Positions 1 to 13,090 of a stretch of 64,000 nt of DNA are shown here, one piece after another. The stretch spans positions 131,874,001 through 131,938,000 of the forward strand of contig OX597815.1 in assembly GCA_951406725.2 (NCBI GenBank). The letters run 5' to 3'. Within the stretch, counting starts at the first letter, position 1. Each line of letters starts with the position of its first letter. Origin of the DNA: Octopus vulgaris. Lineage: Eukaryota. The translations under genes were made by a program, and so were the position numbers. The notes beneath the pieces were generated by a model. It had not been told where the DNA came from. It ran no database searches and saw only the letters and a program-made list of their open reading frames with translations.

Positions 1-1339
1 AGAAATATTTGATAATATATACAAAGTGAAATAGATGACCCGAAAATATTCAATAATTAAAATAGTATAATGAAAACAAACAGAATCAAAATTGAAGCAT
101 GATTATAAAACAGATACACCATAAAAGAATAATAGTATTACTCATATCAGGCATACGGGTAATTTGGAAATGCTTCACCGAGTGACGACCGAGCTCCGCA
201 TAGTTACGGGTTGCTCTTTGGCTGTCAATTATACGGCGAAGTCATGTGACTGCTGCATGGTGAATAGTGAAGAGTTGAAATGAGCCAACGGTGCTTATTA
301 CACGAATGCTGAACAGACGAATCCTAGAAGATCGACGGTGAGGATCACCAAAGTCTACTAAAAGAGTAACTGCAACGCATCAATAGGAGCAACATCCACG
401 ATTGTGTAACCAGCTAAATCAGCTAATTAGCTAATGCGAGGTCCACAATGACTCAAGGTCCTAAATCAAATTCAATAATAATAGGTAGAGAGAGTCATGG
501 CAATCCGCGAAGCAGTACAAAGAAAATCAACAATATGTATTTTCCAGACAAATTTGTTAGAAAGTGGAGACTGAAATGGAAATATAGAAGATGAATACAC
601 AAAGATTTCGTGCAATTGTTTCGCTCATCATGCTGCCTTTAAAGATCTATTTAAACTTAAGATGTTTCAAGAATAATATAAACTCCGAAACACGCTTCAA
701 TTTTGTGCAGCATTCAAAGATCTTGCATGTCAAATTCCCATCATTGTACAAATTCTCTGCGAATGAACGAAATCATTAAAGAGCTGAGATCCATTTTATT
801 GTCTACAGCAATAAACTTGGAAATATTCAAATTCATCTACATCATGATCACATATAGATTTCCTGTTATCTCAATGAAGATAAACTTAAATAAAACAATT
901 ATATTAACATTATACTCTCATGCTGTTAAATAGAATCACATTTAAACAATTTTATACAATTTTAGGCATAAAATTCAATTGGTACGTGCGATCTCATATT
1001 AATGCACTTCTACACTATACATACGTTTAGTTGAGAATGAATTCATTAGAATTCGTATATTCAATCAAATATAAATATATGATGCATAATCACGTATGAA
1101 TTTTAATGCGTATTTAATCAAATGTTTCTTGATAAAATATTACGTTATATAGAGTGAATCAATAATGAACTGAACTTCGTCACATATGGAAATTCCTGTG
1201 GCTTTGAACATTGAATTTCCTGAGTGATGCTAAACAAAAGTAATAAAAATAATAGTGAAAGTGCGAAATGACAAGGAGTGTATAAATTGTGAAGTAAATA
1301 GATAGATATATCTTGACTTGATTGTTATTGAAGTTACTA

Positions 1340-1401
1340 TCTCTCTCTCTCTCTCTTCTCCTCTCTCTATCTCTCTCTCTCCCCCTCTCTCTCTCTCTCT
1401 C
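1340..1401. repeat. (CT)n microsatellite
   Basis: Imperfect CT dinucleotide run. Confidence 0.95.
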
Positions 1402-1559
1402 ACTTCCAACAATAAACCTTATATGCATTCAAACGTGTTGCACCTCACAGATTCTGAAGCTACTTACTCCGCAGTATAACGTTAAATTGGAGGAAATATA
1501 AACTTCCATTATTATATTAGTTAATAACAGCATAACAATTCAAAACATTTTAATCTTAA

Positions 1560-2065
1560 TGGAATTTGATGAACTGAAAAGAAAGTTTGAAACCACTTGA
1601 CGACCATAGATAGAATTTCAAGATCCGAGAGTTGATCAGTATCACTTGATATAGAGTTAATAGGAATTACACATACGCAAAAAGAAGTGAAGATACAAGA
1701 TTAATAAAACAGAAAGCATAATTGGTAAGAACGAGCTGCAATTGTTTATCAGATCAGAACCTTTACTGGAATTCGAACAATTCCAGGATTTGATATTTTA
1801 ATAATGATAGTATTAACAATAAGAACAATATTTTCAATGACAGTCAAGTGCTGATGATAGAAAATATGAAAATAGGAGACTAGAATCGAATTTCTTGTAG
1901 AGCTTCTACAGAAAGTTTGCCTCTTGGGAAGAGGAAAGATTATCAGGTGGGTTCTAAGTATTTGAAAGAATATTGAAAGCTAATGGATACCTAAGTTTAC
2001 AGGTATTAACGCGTTACTCACATAAAATCTGCCAGGAATAAGACCGAACCCGAGTCAAATAAACA
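1560..2065 (+). mobile_element. Heavily decayed R4/Dong-like retrotransposon 3' fragment
   Basis: Patchy, frameshifted resemblance to the LDRKTRK..HPKADVDRLY and DLEIEI..GMIKK regions of the 1005-aa ORF; ends directly at the (AGT)n tract. Confidence 0.3.
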
Positions 2066-2108
2066 GTAGTAGTAGTATTAGTAGTAGTAGTAATAGTAGT
2101 AGTAGTAA

Positions 2109-2159
<51 letters not shown>

Positions 2160-2186
2160 CAAGAACAAGAACAACAATAATAATAG
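2065..2186. repeat. (AGT)n/(AAT)n microsatellite
   Basis: Trinucleotide run. Confidence 0.95.
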
Positions 2187-2194
2187 TTTCTAAT

Positions 2195-2882
2195 TATGGC
2201 ACGAGACCTAGTGTATAACCAGATGATTGCACTGAATCGCTGCATCCCAAATGATTTTGAAATCTTCATTCTCAGTAACTCCTTCTGGGGTTACCTCATA
2301 CCAAGTCTTTTCTCTTTTTGTAGGCCGTGATTTCCACAGAGGTCTCAATGGATCATTTTTGCTGTATTGTCAGGTGTTTTGTAATCGAGTTGAGACAGAG
2401 TATTCGCTAACGATGTACCATACCGTTTCCCGACTCACACTACACATCCTGGCTTTGTCGCTGTCGGTTGTGTTGTCGATTCTGCACTTCACATAGTTAG
2501 TCCTTAATGCGTGTTCCTGTGCTTCACATATGAGTTCTTTTGTCTCTATTTTCAAGTCACTCTTCCTCATCCATAGCCACCGGTCTTCTGTATCTGTCTT
2601 GGCATTCATATCTCTTGCAAACTGACCATAATATTTTCTCTTCCATGCTGTTTCTCTTTTTTTTTGTGTATTTTTCCTCTTTGAGTTTTTTCTTTCTTTA
2701 CACAATTATCAGTTTTAATGACGCCGGCTTTTTTCACATATTTCAACAATGATTCCATAGTATTTTTTACATACCACCCTAAACTACATCCCTCTGCTTC
2801 GATAGAATCCTGGCAACTGATCAAACTTCTCCTACACTTTCTTCTGAACAAGTACAGCATATCAGTGTCACTCTTAGGGTGA
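2195..2882 (-). mobile_element. R4/Dong-clade non-LTR retrotransposon internal fragment (pseudogenised)
   Basis: ORF 2370-2705 (YGQFARD..WLWMRKSDLKIETKELICEAQEHALRTNY..RMCSVSRETVWYIVSE) parallels the HGQY..WLKSAGLKAETEGFIMAAQDQSLYTRNY..CRFC region of the 1005-aa ORF; frameshifted. Confidence 0.85.
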
Positions 2883-2886
2883 AAAT

Positions 2887-2918
2887 ATTATTATTATTAT
2901 TATTACCATTATTATTAT

Positions 2919-3010
<92 letters not shown>
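2887..3010. repeat. (TTA)n/(CTA)n compound microsatellite
   Basis: Direct observation. Confidence 0.95.
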
Positions 3011-3011
<1 letters not shown>

Positions 3012-3463
3012 AATGCTCAAAACAGATTAGAACCTAACATCAGACTAAAAGAAGTAACCTTAGATGCCAAGAACCCTCCTAAACATTCTAGCTGTCCCTA
3101 ATAATACTGTTTTCTGCAGCTGTAGTAAGCTGGGCTTTACACCAATTTCCTCTATCCATCTGTTCAAATCTTTAGGGATAGTTCTTTCCAATGCCTCTAT
3201 AACTATTGAGATACATTTTACCCGCAGTGTCCATAAGTCAAGAGTCTCTGTAATTCAATGTCTAGGTCCTGTAAAGGACTGTAAAGTTAGTTATCTGGCA
3301 CTTTCTATTCTCTTTATCTACAACTACTACTACTATACTACTACTACTACTACTACTAAATCGGGACTTCTAGCTTCTATTACCCTGTCAGTCTGAATGT
3401 TAAATTCCCACATCTTGTATTTCTTACTTTATAGTACTTCATTAGCTTCATATTCATACCATT
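3011..3463 (-). mobile_element. R4/Dong-clade retrotransposon 3' end (RLE domain remnant)
   Basis: Minus-strand translation gives WYEYEANEV..MWEFNIQTDRVIEARSP and LQLQKTVLLGTARMFRRVLGI-stop, matching the C-terminus of the intact copy; interrupted by (CTA)n. Confidence 0.85.
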
Positions 3464-3479
3464 AACATACTATATTCTC

Positions 3480-3510
<31 letters not shown>

Positions 3511-3539
3511 TGATTATTATTATTATTATTATCATTGTC

Positions 3540-6500
3540 ATTTACTTTTAATCTGCATGTTTGATGCAATCACCTGCCGGGGCACACCCAGCGCCCTAGG
3601 GCAAGTGAAGGTTAAGAGTTGTTGAAATATAGCTGAAAGCTTGGGGAGGGGAAGTAGAGATATATCTCCATGTAATGCAAACACAAACATTTACATTGAT
3701 AGGGTTTTTCTAAGGATGTGGGCAGTACTTGTTAGCACAATCTTTTGGATTTCCTTGAGACATGGTTTTCCAGGGATATTGTCTAGGTGTTTCTGACATC
3801 CCTTTTTTATCATACCTAGGGCACCTACAATAACAGGAACAGTTTTTGTTTTAAGATTCCACATCCTCTGTATTTCGATTTCCAGGTCTTTATATTTACT
3901 AAGTTTGTCAAATTCCTTGACAGATACATTTTTATCAGTGGGGACGCTTACTTCTATTAGTCTGCAGGTATTTTCTTCCCTGTCTTTAACAATTATATCT
4001 GGTCGATTAGCCTTGATCGTTCTGTCAGTGTTGACTGGAAAATCCCAGAGGATGGTGACATCTTTACCTTCAACAACTGGCTGAGGATGGTGTTCATACC
4101 AGTTAGCAGGAGTGTCGGATTTGTAGTGTTTACATATCTTCCAATGTATATACTGTCCTACCCTATCGTGGCGATTTTTGTATTCGTTTGGTGTCAGCAC
4201 AGGACATCCCGAAACGAGATGGTCTATCGTTTCGTCAAATGTGTCGCAGAATCTGCATTTAGGGTCAGTACCGTTTCGGAGAACGTTAGCCTGGTAATTT
4301 CTGGTATACAAGCTTTGATCTTGTGCTGCCATTATGAAACCTTCAGTCTCTGCTTTCAATCCAGCGCTCTTCAGCCACTGATGGGTTGTTGCTTGGTCTA
4401 CATCAGCATTTTGGCTTCGGAGAATATATTGTCCATGCAGGGGCTTCTGGCTCCACCGCCTCTCAATTTGATTCTGCCCGTTCTTTTTTGCAGTCTGCTT
4501 GATTCGCTTTGCTTGCTTGGTAGCAGTGGTTTCCGGCTCTTCATCTGATTCAAGGTTAATGTCTAGTTCCCTTTCGAACTTATAAGCTTCCTTCACAATA
4601 GAATGTAGCTTTTTGCTGCTTTCGTGTTCGCACACAAGTCGCAGCATCCAGTCCTTTGTACTAGATAGGTACCTGTTCATTCCTACAGTAGAGGTCTTAT
4701 AGCACAGCTCTAATTGCATGATTCCTCTCCTCCCGCTGCTTCTAGGTAGGTACAAGCGGTCTACATCTGCCTTAGGGTGGTGCATGCTCTTGGATGTCAG
4801 TAACTTTCTTGTCTTCCTGTCCAAGCGTTGGAGTTCCGTAAGGTTCCAGTTAATGATGTTAAAACTGTACTGGACTACTGGAAGTGCCAGGGTGTTAATG
4901 GCCTCAATGCAATTTTTGGAGTTGAGTTCAGTCTTCAGTACAAGCCTTATTCTCCTGTAGTATTCCTTTCTTATTTTTTCCTTCATAGTAGCATGATGTA
5001 TACCATCTCCTTCGTTGATTCCTAGGTATTTGTAACTTTCCTGTGGGTCAAGTTCCTTGATGGTAGTGTCAATATCTAATTTAACAGAAGCTGTTTGCCT
5101 GAGCTTGCCTCTTACAAAAGTTGCTTTAGCACACTTATCAAGGCCAAAATCCATTCCGATATCATTGTTAAACTCTTTAACAGTTGTTAGCAGCCCTTCT
5201 AGCTCTTGGTCATTCCTGGCAAACAGCTTTAGGTCGTCCATATAGAAAAGGTGGTTTATTAACTTACTAAAAACTTTGTACCCATATCTGGTACTATCCA
5301 ATTCGTTTGAGAGTGGGATCAGTGCCATGCAAAAAAGTAATGGAGAGAGGGAGTCACATTGAAAGATGCCTCGTTTGATGTTGATGCTGTTGGACTGGCT
5401 CATCCCATTACTATGGCTTAGAAAGAGACGTGTGTTCCACATGGTCATGCTATTCTCTAAGAATTTTGAGACGACAGGAGAGATCTTGTATATCTCAAGG
5501 GCCTTGAGTATCCATTTATGTGGGACACTGTCATACGCTTTCCTGTAGTCTATCCATGCCATACTCAGGTTTTTGTTTTTGCTCCGGCAATTCTCTACAA
5601 TCATTCTGTTTATGAGCAATTGGTCTTTGCACCCATAAGAGTTTCTTTTACAACCTTTTTGAGCTTGTGGAAGGATAGAATTTTGTTCAAGGAAAGCGTA
5701 CATTCTCTCCGTTATTATGGATGTGAGGATTTTGTAGGTGGTGTTGAGACATGTTATTGGCCGGTAATTCTTTGGGTTTTTTGTGTCTTCGGTTTTAGGT
5801 AATAGGTAGGTGGTTCCTTCAGTCAGCCAAGCAGGTATTTGCTCTGGGTTCTGAATGACATCAGACAGAGATGCAGCGAGATGTTCGTGTACCTCTGTCA
5901 AACAATTCAGCCAGAAGTTAGGGATCCGATCCAGTCCTGGGGTTTTCCATTTATGAGCCTTCCTAAGGATACACCTTAGCTCCTCTATTCCTATTGCTTC
6001 CCATTTCTGTTCTTCAAATTCATCCAGTCTCTCTTTCTCACGTTCTATCCAGTCAGCCTCAGCATTAAACTCTTTTTCGTTGCTCCATACCTTCTTCCAG
6101 AACTCCTCCACTTCCTCAATCTTAGGTGGATCTTCTATGTGTATTTTATTTTTGCCAATTTCCCTATAAAATTTCTTTGCATCTGTCTTAAAAAATTTAT
6201 TTTGTCGATAAAATTTGTTTCTTTTGTCATACCTTCTAAGCCGTTGAGCTTTCAACTGTATCCGTTGTTTCAACAGTTCCTTAGTTGCAGGGAGGTTTAT
6301 GAGATCTTTGATTTTATATTTTTGCTTGATTTTTCTAGCTTTTCTCGGCTTAATATTCACTCCTCTAGCAAGCTCATCGAGAACTGAAACATCCGCCCGC
6401 AGAGATTCAATCTCTTTTTGTATCGCTACTTTCCACTTAGGAGGTTCATTGACATGCCTGGCCTTTTTCTTTGTCATCTTAATACCTAGTTGGGTAGTTA

Positions 6501-6771
6501 CTACTTTAGCAGTGGAATAAATGAGATTATTTAAGGTTGTCAAATCATTCCCCTTATTTCTTAAGATCTGTCCTAGGGCAACGTTATATGTCATGATTGT
6601 GTTGTTATTTCTTGTGCCATTTGAAAACTTTGGTAGTGGTTCTCTATTAACCATGTCAGTGAGCTCAATCTTGCCGAGTTCTCTCATAATGTCCACTTTT
6701 GCTTCCATAATCTTTTCTCTATTATTTACCTCAAATTCTATGTCATATCTATTTTGGTTTTCTTGAGGAAA
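3540..6771 (-). mobile_element. R4/Dong-clade RLE non-LTR retrotransposon, young, probably 5'-truncated, inserted in (TAA)n
   Basis: Single long ORF, ~150-nt 3' UTR with a GC-rich patch (3571-3602), (TAA)n on both flanks. The frame stays open upstream of the ATG up to the microsatellite, implying truncation. Confidence 0.93.
3691..6708 (-). CDS. Reverse transcriptase / CCHC zinc knuckle / restriction-like endonuclease polyprotein (1005 aa)
   Basis: RT motifs KTPGLD, NYRPITCL, WIDYRKAYDSVPH, GIFQCDSLSPLLF, HLFYMDD, YKYLG; zinc knuckle CRFC-x8-H-x4-C; RLE motifs RHD, PDII..IEVSVP..KLSKY. Confidence 0.95.
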   Translation of the reverse strand: MEAKVDIMRELGKIELTDMVNREPLPKFSNGTRNNNTIMTYNVALGQILRNKGNDLTTLNNLIYSTAKVVTTQLGIKMTKKKARHVNEPPKWKVAIQKEIESLRADVSVLDELARGVNIKPRKARKIKQKYKIKDLINLPATKELLKQRIQLKAQRLRRYDKRNKFYRQNKFFKTDAKKFYREIGKNKIHIEDPPKIEEVEEFWKKVWSNEKEFNAEADWIEREKERLDEFEEQKWEAIGIEELRCILRKAHKWKTPGLDRIPNFWLNCLTEVHEHLAASLSDVIQNPEQIPAWLTEGTTYLLPKTEDTKNPKNYRPITCLNTTYKILTSIITERMYAFLEQNSILPQAQKGCKRNSYGCKDQLLINRMIVENCRSKNKNLSMAWIDYRKAYDSVPHKWILKALEIYKISPVVSKFLENSMTMWNTRLFLSHSNGMSQSNSINIKRGIFQCDSLSPLLFCMALIPLSNELDSTRYGYKVFSKLINHLFYMDDLKLFARNDQELEGLLTTVKEFNNDIGMDFGLDKCAKATFVRGKLRQTASVKLDIDTTIKELDPQESYKYLGINEGDGIHHATMKEKIRKEYYRRIRLVLKTELNSKNCIEAINTLALPVVQYSFNIINWNLTELQRLDRKTRKLLTSKSMHHPKADVDRLYLPRSSGRRGIMQLELCYKTSTVGMNRYLSSTKDWMLRLVCEHESSKKLHSIVKEAYKFERELDINLESDEEPETTATKQAKRIKQTAKKNGQNQIERRWSQKPLHGQYILRSQNADVDQATTHQWLKSAGLKAETEGFIMAAQDQSLYTRNYQANVLRNGTDPKCRFCDTFDETIDHLVSGCPVLTPNEYKNRHDRVGQYIHWKICKHYKSDTPANWYEHHPQPVVEGKDVTILWDFPVNTDRTIKANRPDIIVKDREENTCRLIEVSVPTDKNVSVKEFDKLSKYKDLEIEIQRMWNLKTKTVPVIVGALGMIKKGCQKHLDNIPGKPCLKEIQKIVLTSTAHILRKTLSM

Positions 6772-6827
<56 letters not shown>

Positions 6828-6860
6828 CATCATTATTATTATTATTTATTTATTTATCTA
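6772..6860. repeat. (ATT)n microsatellite
   Basis: Direct observation. Confidence 0.95.
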
Positions 6861-6865
6861 TTATC

Positions 6866-8105
<1,240 letters not shown>

Positions 8106-8329
8106 TTCAAATCCACAATATTCAACTTTGCCTTTTATTTCTTATGGGTCAATATAATGATTACCAGTTGAGCATTGTGGTCGATAAAATCGACTAAAAC
8201 CCTCCTCTAAAATTTCAGTCCCTTCATCTATAGTAGAAAGAATTATTATTACATTACTTCATATACGCACTGCAGATTACACCGTTGTCAAAAAAAATTG
8301 TTATGGTTTGTTTTTCCCAACACATGGCT

Positions 8330-8548
8330 ATGATGATCCATCACTACTTCTGCTCCTGATTACAGACGCACATATCGTCAGCCAACAAAGGATAAGCTCA
8401 ACTGGTTAATGTTGACAAGCAGATCTGTAGTATTAGGCAGAATATTTGCTGTAGTACATCTTTTATACCAAGACAAAACAATTTACATGTTAACACCTCC
8501 AATCAGTTAAGATAAGAAGCCATGAGAGCCACTGCCTGGTACTGCAGT
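8330..8548 (+). repeat. Interspersed repeat fragment, possibly a LINE 3' UTR
   Basis: Ends cagttaagataagaagccatgagagccactgcctggtactgca, which resembles a repeat tail I recall from octopus; single copy here, unverified. Confidence 0.3.
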
Positions 8549-8779
8549 GGAGATGCCCGAAATGTTTATATATATAGTTGAAGGATTCAAATTAATCAGT
8601 GGACATACTAATTCTAATCGTTCAGCTATTTAATATTTTTTGGGGGCGGGTTGCAATCGCCTATATTATTGATTTTGTTATTATCATTTTTGAAAATAGT
8701 CTTACTAGATAATAACAAGATTAATAATATCTTAGAAAATTACCTTTCCGGCACTTGTTTTTCTTGTGAATTGTTTGTA

Positions 8780-8990
8780 TATATGTTTGTTTGTCTATGT
8801 TTGTCACCCCCATCACTTGACAACTGATGCTGGTGTGTTACGTCCCCGTAACTTAGCGGTTCAGCAAAAGAGACCGATAGAATAAGTACTAGGATTACAA
8901 AGAATAAGTCCTGGGGTCGATTTGTTCGACTAAAGGCGGTGCTCCGCCATAGCTGAAGTGAAATGAGTAAAACAAATAAAAGAGTAAAAG
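8780..8990 (+). mobile_element. SINE family 1, 3' half
   Basis: Matches the 3' half of the copy at 20081-20457. Confidence 0.9.
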
Positions 8991-9028
8991 TGTATATATA
9001 TATATATATACACACACACACAAACACT

Positions 9029-9095
<67 letters not shown>

Positions 9096-9671
9096 AGGGA
9101 ATAATATGTATTCCAGGTTATCAGGACATTTGCTATTTTACTCTTTGCTAATGCGATGTAAACTGTATCATTTGAAATATATATATAACTTACCTGTTAT
9201 TAGTCTGTGGGGAAAGAAGATATTTTCAATAAATCCTGCACGTGTAACCAAATATACAATTAAGTACAGATATGTTGATTAATCAAATGATCATCACTGC
9301 TCGCTTCTAGAGTTGCTAAACCTGATGAGTTGGGGGGAATGCGTAAATAATTACATACTGCGTACCTGACTGTACCAAGTTTGGGTCACAATAAAAACTC
9401 TCAATGAAGCAACTATAGCAGTAGTGGTTGAGCCATTCTTTTTTATCTTTATTGTTTTTACGGCACACCAAAGGTTTCATTCATGTTTGGATGCTTTTGT
9501 GGATTACCAAACTACAATGAACTTCCTTTCATCGATGCATTCCGTGCTACGATAATGGATTACTTTAGCTGATTTGCGTTATTCTGTCTAACCAGATCTG
9601 TGGGGTGCTTCTATTTGATCATTAATGGATAACATTTAATCAAATACGCACAGGATGCACACACACAAACG

Positions 9672-9793
<122 letters not shown>

Positions 9794-12700
9794 GTGTGTG
9801 TGTGTGTATGTGTGTGCGCGCGCGCATTTATTATTTATACAAACATGCTCTTACATTCATTATTACAACGGAGTAGATATACATTTATACTTACTTGCTG
9901 ATAGCAACATTAAAAATGCCAAATCCATTAATTCATAACGTATCTGCACAGCTGTTTATGAATATAAATACGTAAATGTGTTTAAACAAATATAATATGC
10001 TACGTATGCCTGTATACTTAGATTTACAACATCAGTAAGAAGTAGAGTTGAATTCTTCGTTGTTAGATAAATTTTTGATGTAGCGTTATTACACGAAGTC
10101 ATATAGATAGCATATAAATTGCCTTAAAATACAGAAAGAAAAAGAAAGTAGTAAATTTAATATAAATATTGTAAAGAAATTCTAAAATTTAAATCATTTC
10201 CGTCTAATTTTGTGTTTTCCCCTATTTTTCTCTAAAACTTCATTTCTTATTTGTTACAAATGTATACAGGTTTGCGTATGCCTACGGGAGTACGTACATA
10301 TACTCTAGGTTAATAACATGCTCACATAGTGAATTCTGATCGACGTCTTTTTTTGGGGGGAGGGAGAAATTCACCTTTAAATATATATGTTGTATCCTTG
10401 TACGTTTCTATATATGATATGTTTTAAATTTTATTTAGCTTTTTAGTCGCATGTCACCCTTTTGAATTTTTAGACGATTGTATATACCTTCTTGATAGGC
10501 TGTTCTATATATCTGTATTTTTATTCGCTTATATATGTTTACCCTCTGCGTTTTTATATATGTATACTATATATGTTTAGGAGCCATGATAATATTTACA
10601 TATGATCAAATGTTTGGAGGCGCGGTGTTACATATAAAGCTGTTGACTCGAATTTGATGTTTGTTCTCTGATCAATGATTTTTTGATAAACATATATATA
10701 TATATGTGTGTGGGGGGGGTAGAATCATTCCTTGTGGTTTCCTTGCATATGGCTATGCATGACTCTACCTCTATGTGTATCTACACTAATATAGCCAAAC
10801 ACAGATGTATGGAAGGTTGTGTATATTTATCTAAATATTTGTGGATTAGCGCGAATGCTACTCAGAGTATGTGAAATAACGTTACTCTCTTTGTTTACGA
10901 GTCATGCCACTATTTGTATTACTATCTCAATCTGTAACGTACCCTCGTCTAACCCTTGCTTCTTACTTTCTTACAGCTGTCTAATATCTCCAGCTGCCTT
11001 TTCCGCAGCATCCTTAAAGCACATCTCGTTCCTCACACTTACAACCCAAATGAAATATTCAGTGTCCATCATACCCACCTTGAAATGATTTCAGTATACT
11101 CTTCATAGAACAGAACGCTACTCTAAGCAATTATGTGCCTTCACTTTCGCATTAAATCATTCCTGCAGTCGATGAAATTTCGAAGTTACAGTCGATGTTT
11201 TTTTTTTCCTTCTGTAACACAGAAGAGATTACTATGAAACTTAGGAGTGCTCGTGTAATGAGGTCCTCTATTTAGCTAATGCACTTTTTATGCTTATATT
11301 GTGTGGTGTCAAAAGTTTTCCAATATTTTGGTAGCTTATTTGCTTTATTCGTTACGTTACATCAAAAACACTCAAGCATTGAATGTAGAGGCCATCTTTT
11401 TGCACCATCTGAAACCACTTTTCTGTCTGTTCCTTGATACCAGTTCGCTGTTAGCCAACGCTGGATATTTTAGTCGCACAATAACATGCATCCGCTACAG
11501 CTGTTCAGAGTACAGATTGACATCAATGGCTCGACCGTCTAGAAACGAAATCGTTGGCAATTACCCCCTCTTAATCCCATCAGCCGCAGAGCATCACCTT
11601 GTGCTTGGCAACAGGTTTTGAAATCTGGCCCTTCCCTTGATTAACTACTGATTATACACGTTAAGATTGTAGAAAATATCTCTTTGGGATTATTTCTGCT
11701 TATAAAGGGGAAAGACTGAAGTAGTAGTGATCTTTATGCTCATGAATGAGTTTAAATCTTGTATTTTATTCATCGATATTTTATACAAATTCGATCACTG
11801 AGGTTGAAAAAGTAAGTGGAAATGTGTGAGAAAATTTGACAAATGTACATTGATAACTCTTTTAATACTTGTGGTATAAATATAACCAGCAAAATACCGT
11901 TATGTTTTCCATTACCTGTAGTCGAAATCTGGGGTTTTTTCTTAACCTTGGTCAATGCGTCGTTGCACAAATGTTGATATACCAAGCAAAGAGAAGAACG
12001 TCATTTTTTTATATTTTGCATCAAATTTAATTAGGTAGTTTCAGACCTATGTAGTAAAATGGTATTCTATATAAATCATGTTATTTTATTTCATGAGCGA
12101 ATTCAGGTTGGAGTATTAAAACATCACCATATACTTCTCTGTGTTATTTTAAAACGATATATCAATATTTATGAAAATAAGAAAACAATTTGGATATGTT
12201 TGTATTCTATAATATCAAATACTATTCAGTATTTCGTTTTATCTATAAAAGAAATGACATGTCTAGACGCTAGTTAACAATATCTATTGACTGTATGACG
12301 TAGACGTTTATCTCATCATTATTAATCATCATAATCGCATTATATGTCTTTAAAAAAGAACGCACCAGTTTAAATTTTATTATTTAGATCAAGTTTCCTG
12401 ATAACTGCAGCTCATTGACATTTTCTTGACTTTGTTCCAAAGTTTGAATATTTAATTTGTGCATCTTTCAATCGGTATGATGAAGTTTAGTAGAAAAAAC
12501 ATTGAAGACAATTATTTCATATTTGATTTAGTAACTAAAATTATATTTGATTCAATACAATATAAAATAATATTGTTTTAATGCATCTAAATGGAAGAAT
12601 AAATTATCTTATGTTAAGGTTTTCTAATGTTTATTCAGTTATAAAGTCACGTGATATTTTGCATTAAATTAACTATATCTATCGCCAGTGATTGCATTCT

Positions 12701-12823
12701 CAATCAACGTTATTATGCTAAAAAGGGGAATAATAATTTTCGTGTACTGGCACTATAGGGAATATTTCACATAAAGCAAATGCATAAATACATCCACACC
12801 GCGAAAATATAAATATAACTGAC

Positions 12824-13090
12824 TTGGCTTTCTCGTAAATGGGATGTTTAAGATCTATCTGGATGAGATTGGACACATGAGATCTTTCGGATATTTCAAC
12901 AGCAGACATCCTCACCGCCCTGGTAATCCAACCGGAGATGTTCAAACTCCAACTTACGTTACCGCAATAAAAGTCCGTTGATGATTTGCCGTGGACCGAA
13001 GTCACGTGGTGGCTCTCTGCAGATTTACTTGTATATTGAATGCCATTACTAATAAGTCCAGTCAGTTAGTGACTTAACCGAGTGAGTATC
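12824..13090 (-). other. Candidate host-gene exon
   Basis: GC-richer unique island in AT-rich DNA; open frame ..MSAVEISERSHVSNLIQIDLKHPIYEKA ends at a donor-like AA|GTCAGT (12823); no recognisable domain. Confidence 0.25.

Noticed and set aside
4087-6766. Plus-strand ORFs within the retrotransposon
   Set aside because: Antisense shadows of the RT ORF.
9311-9420. Hammerhead-like CTGATGA-GTTGGGGG..CTCTCAAT-GAA in a TA-flanked element
   Set aside because: GAAA incomplete and helices I and III cannot both be built; may be a decayed member but unsupported.
11300-11640. 106-aa ORF / possible mariner-like relic
   Set aside because: No recognisable motif; only a vague TIR-like start.
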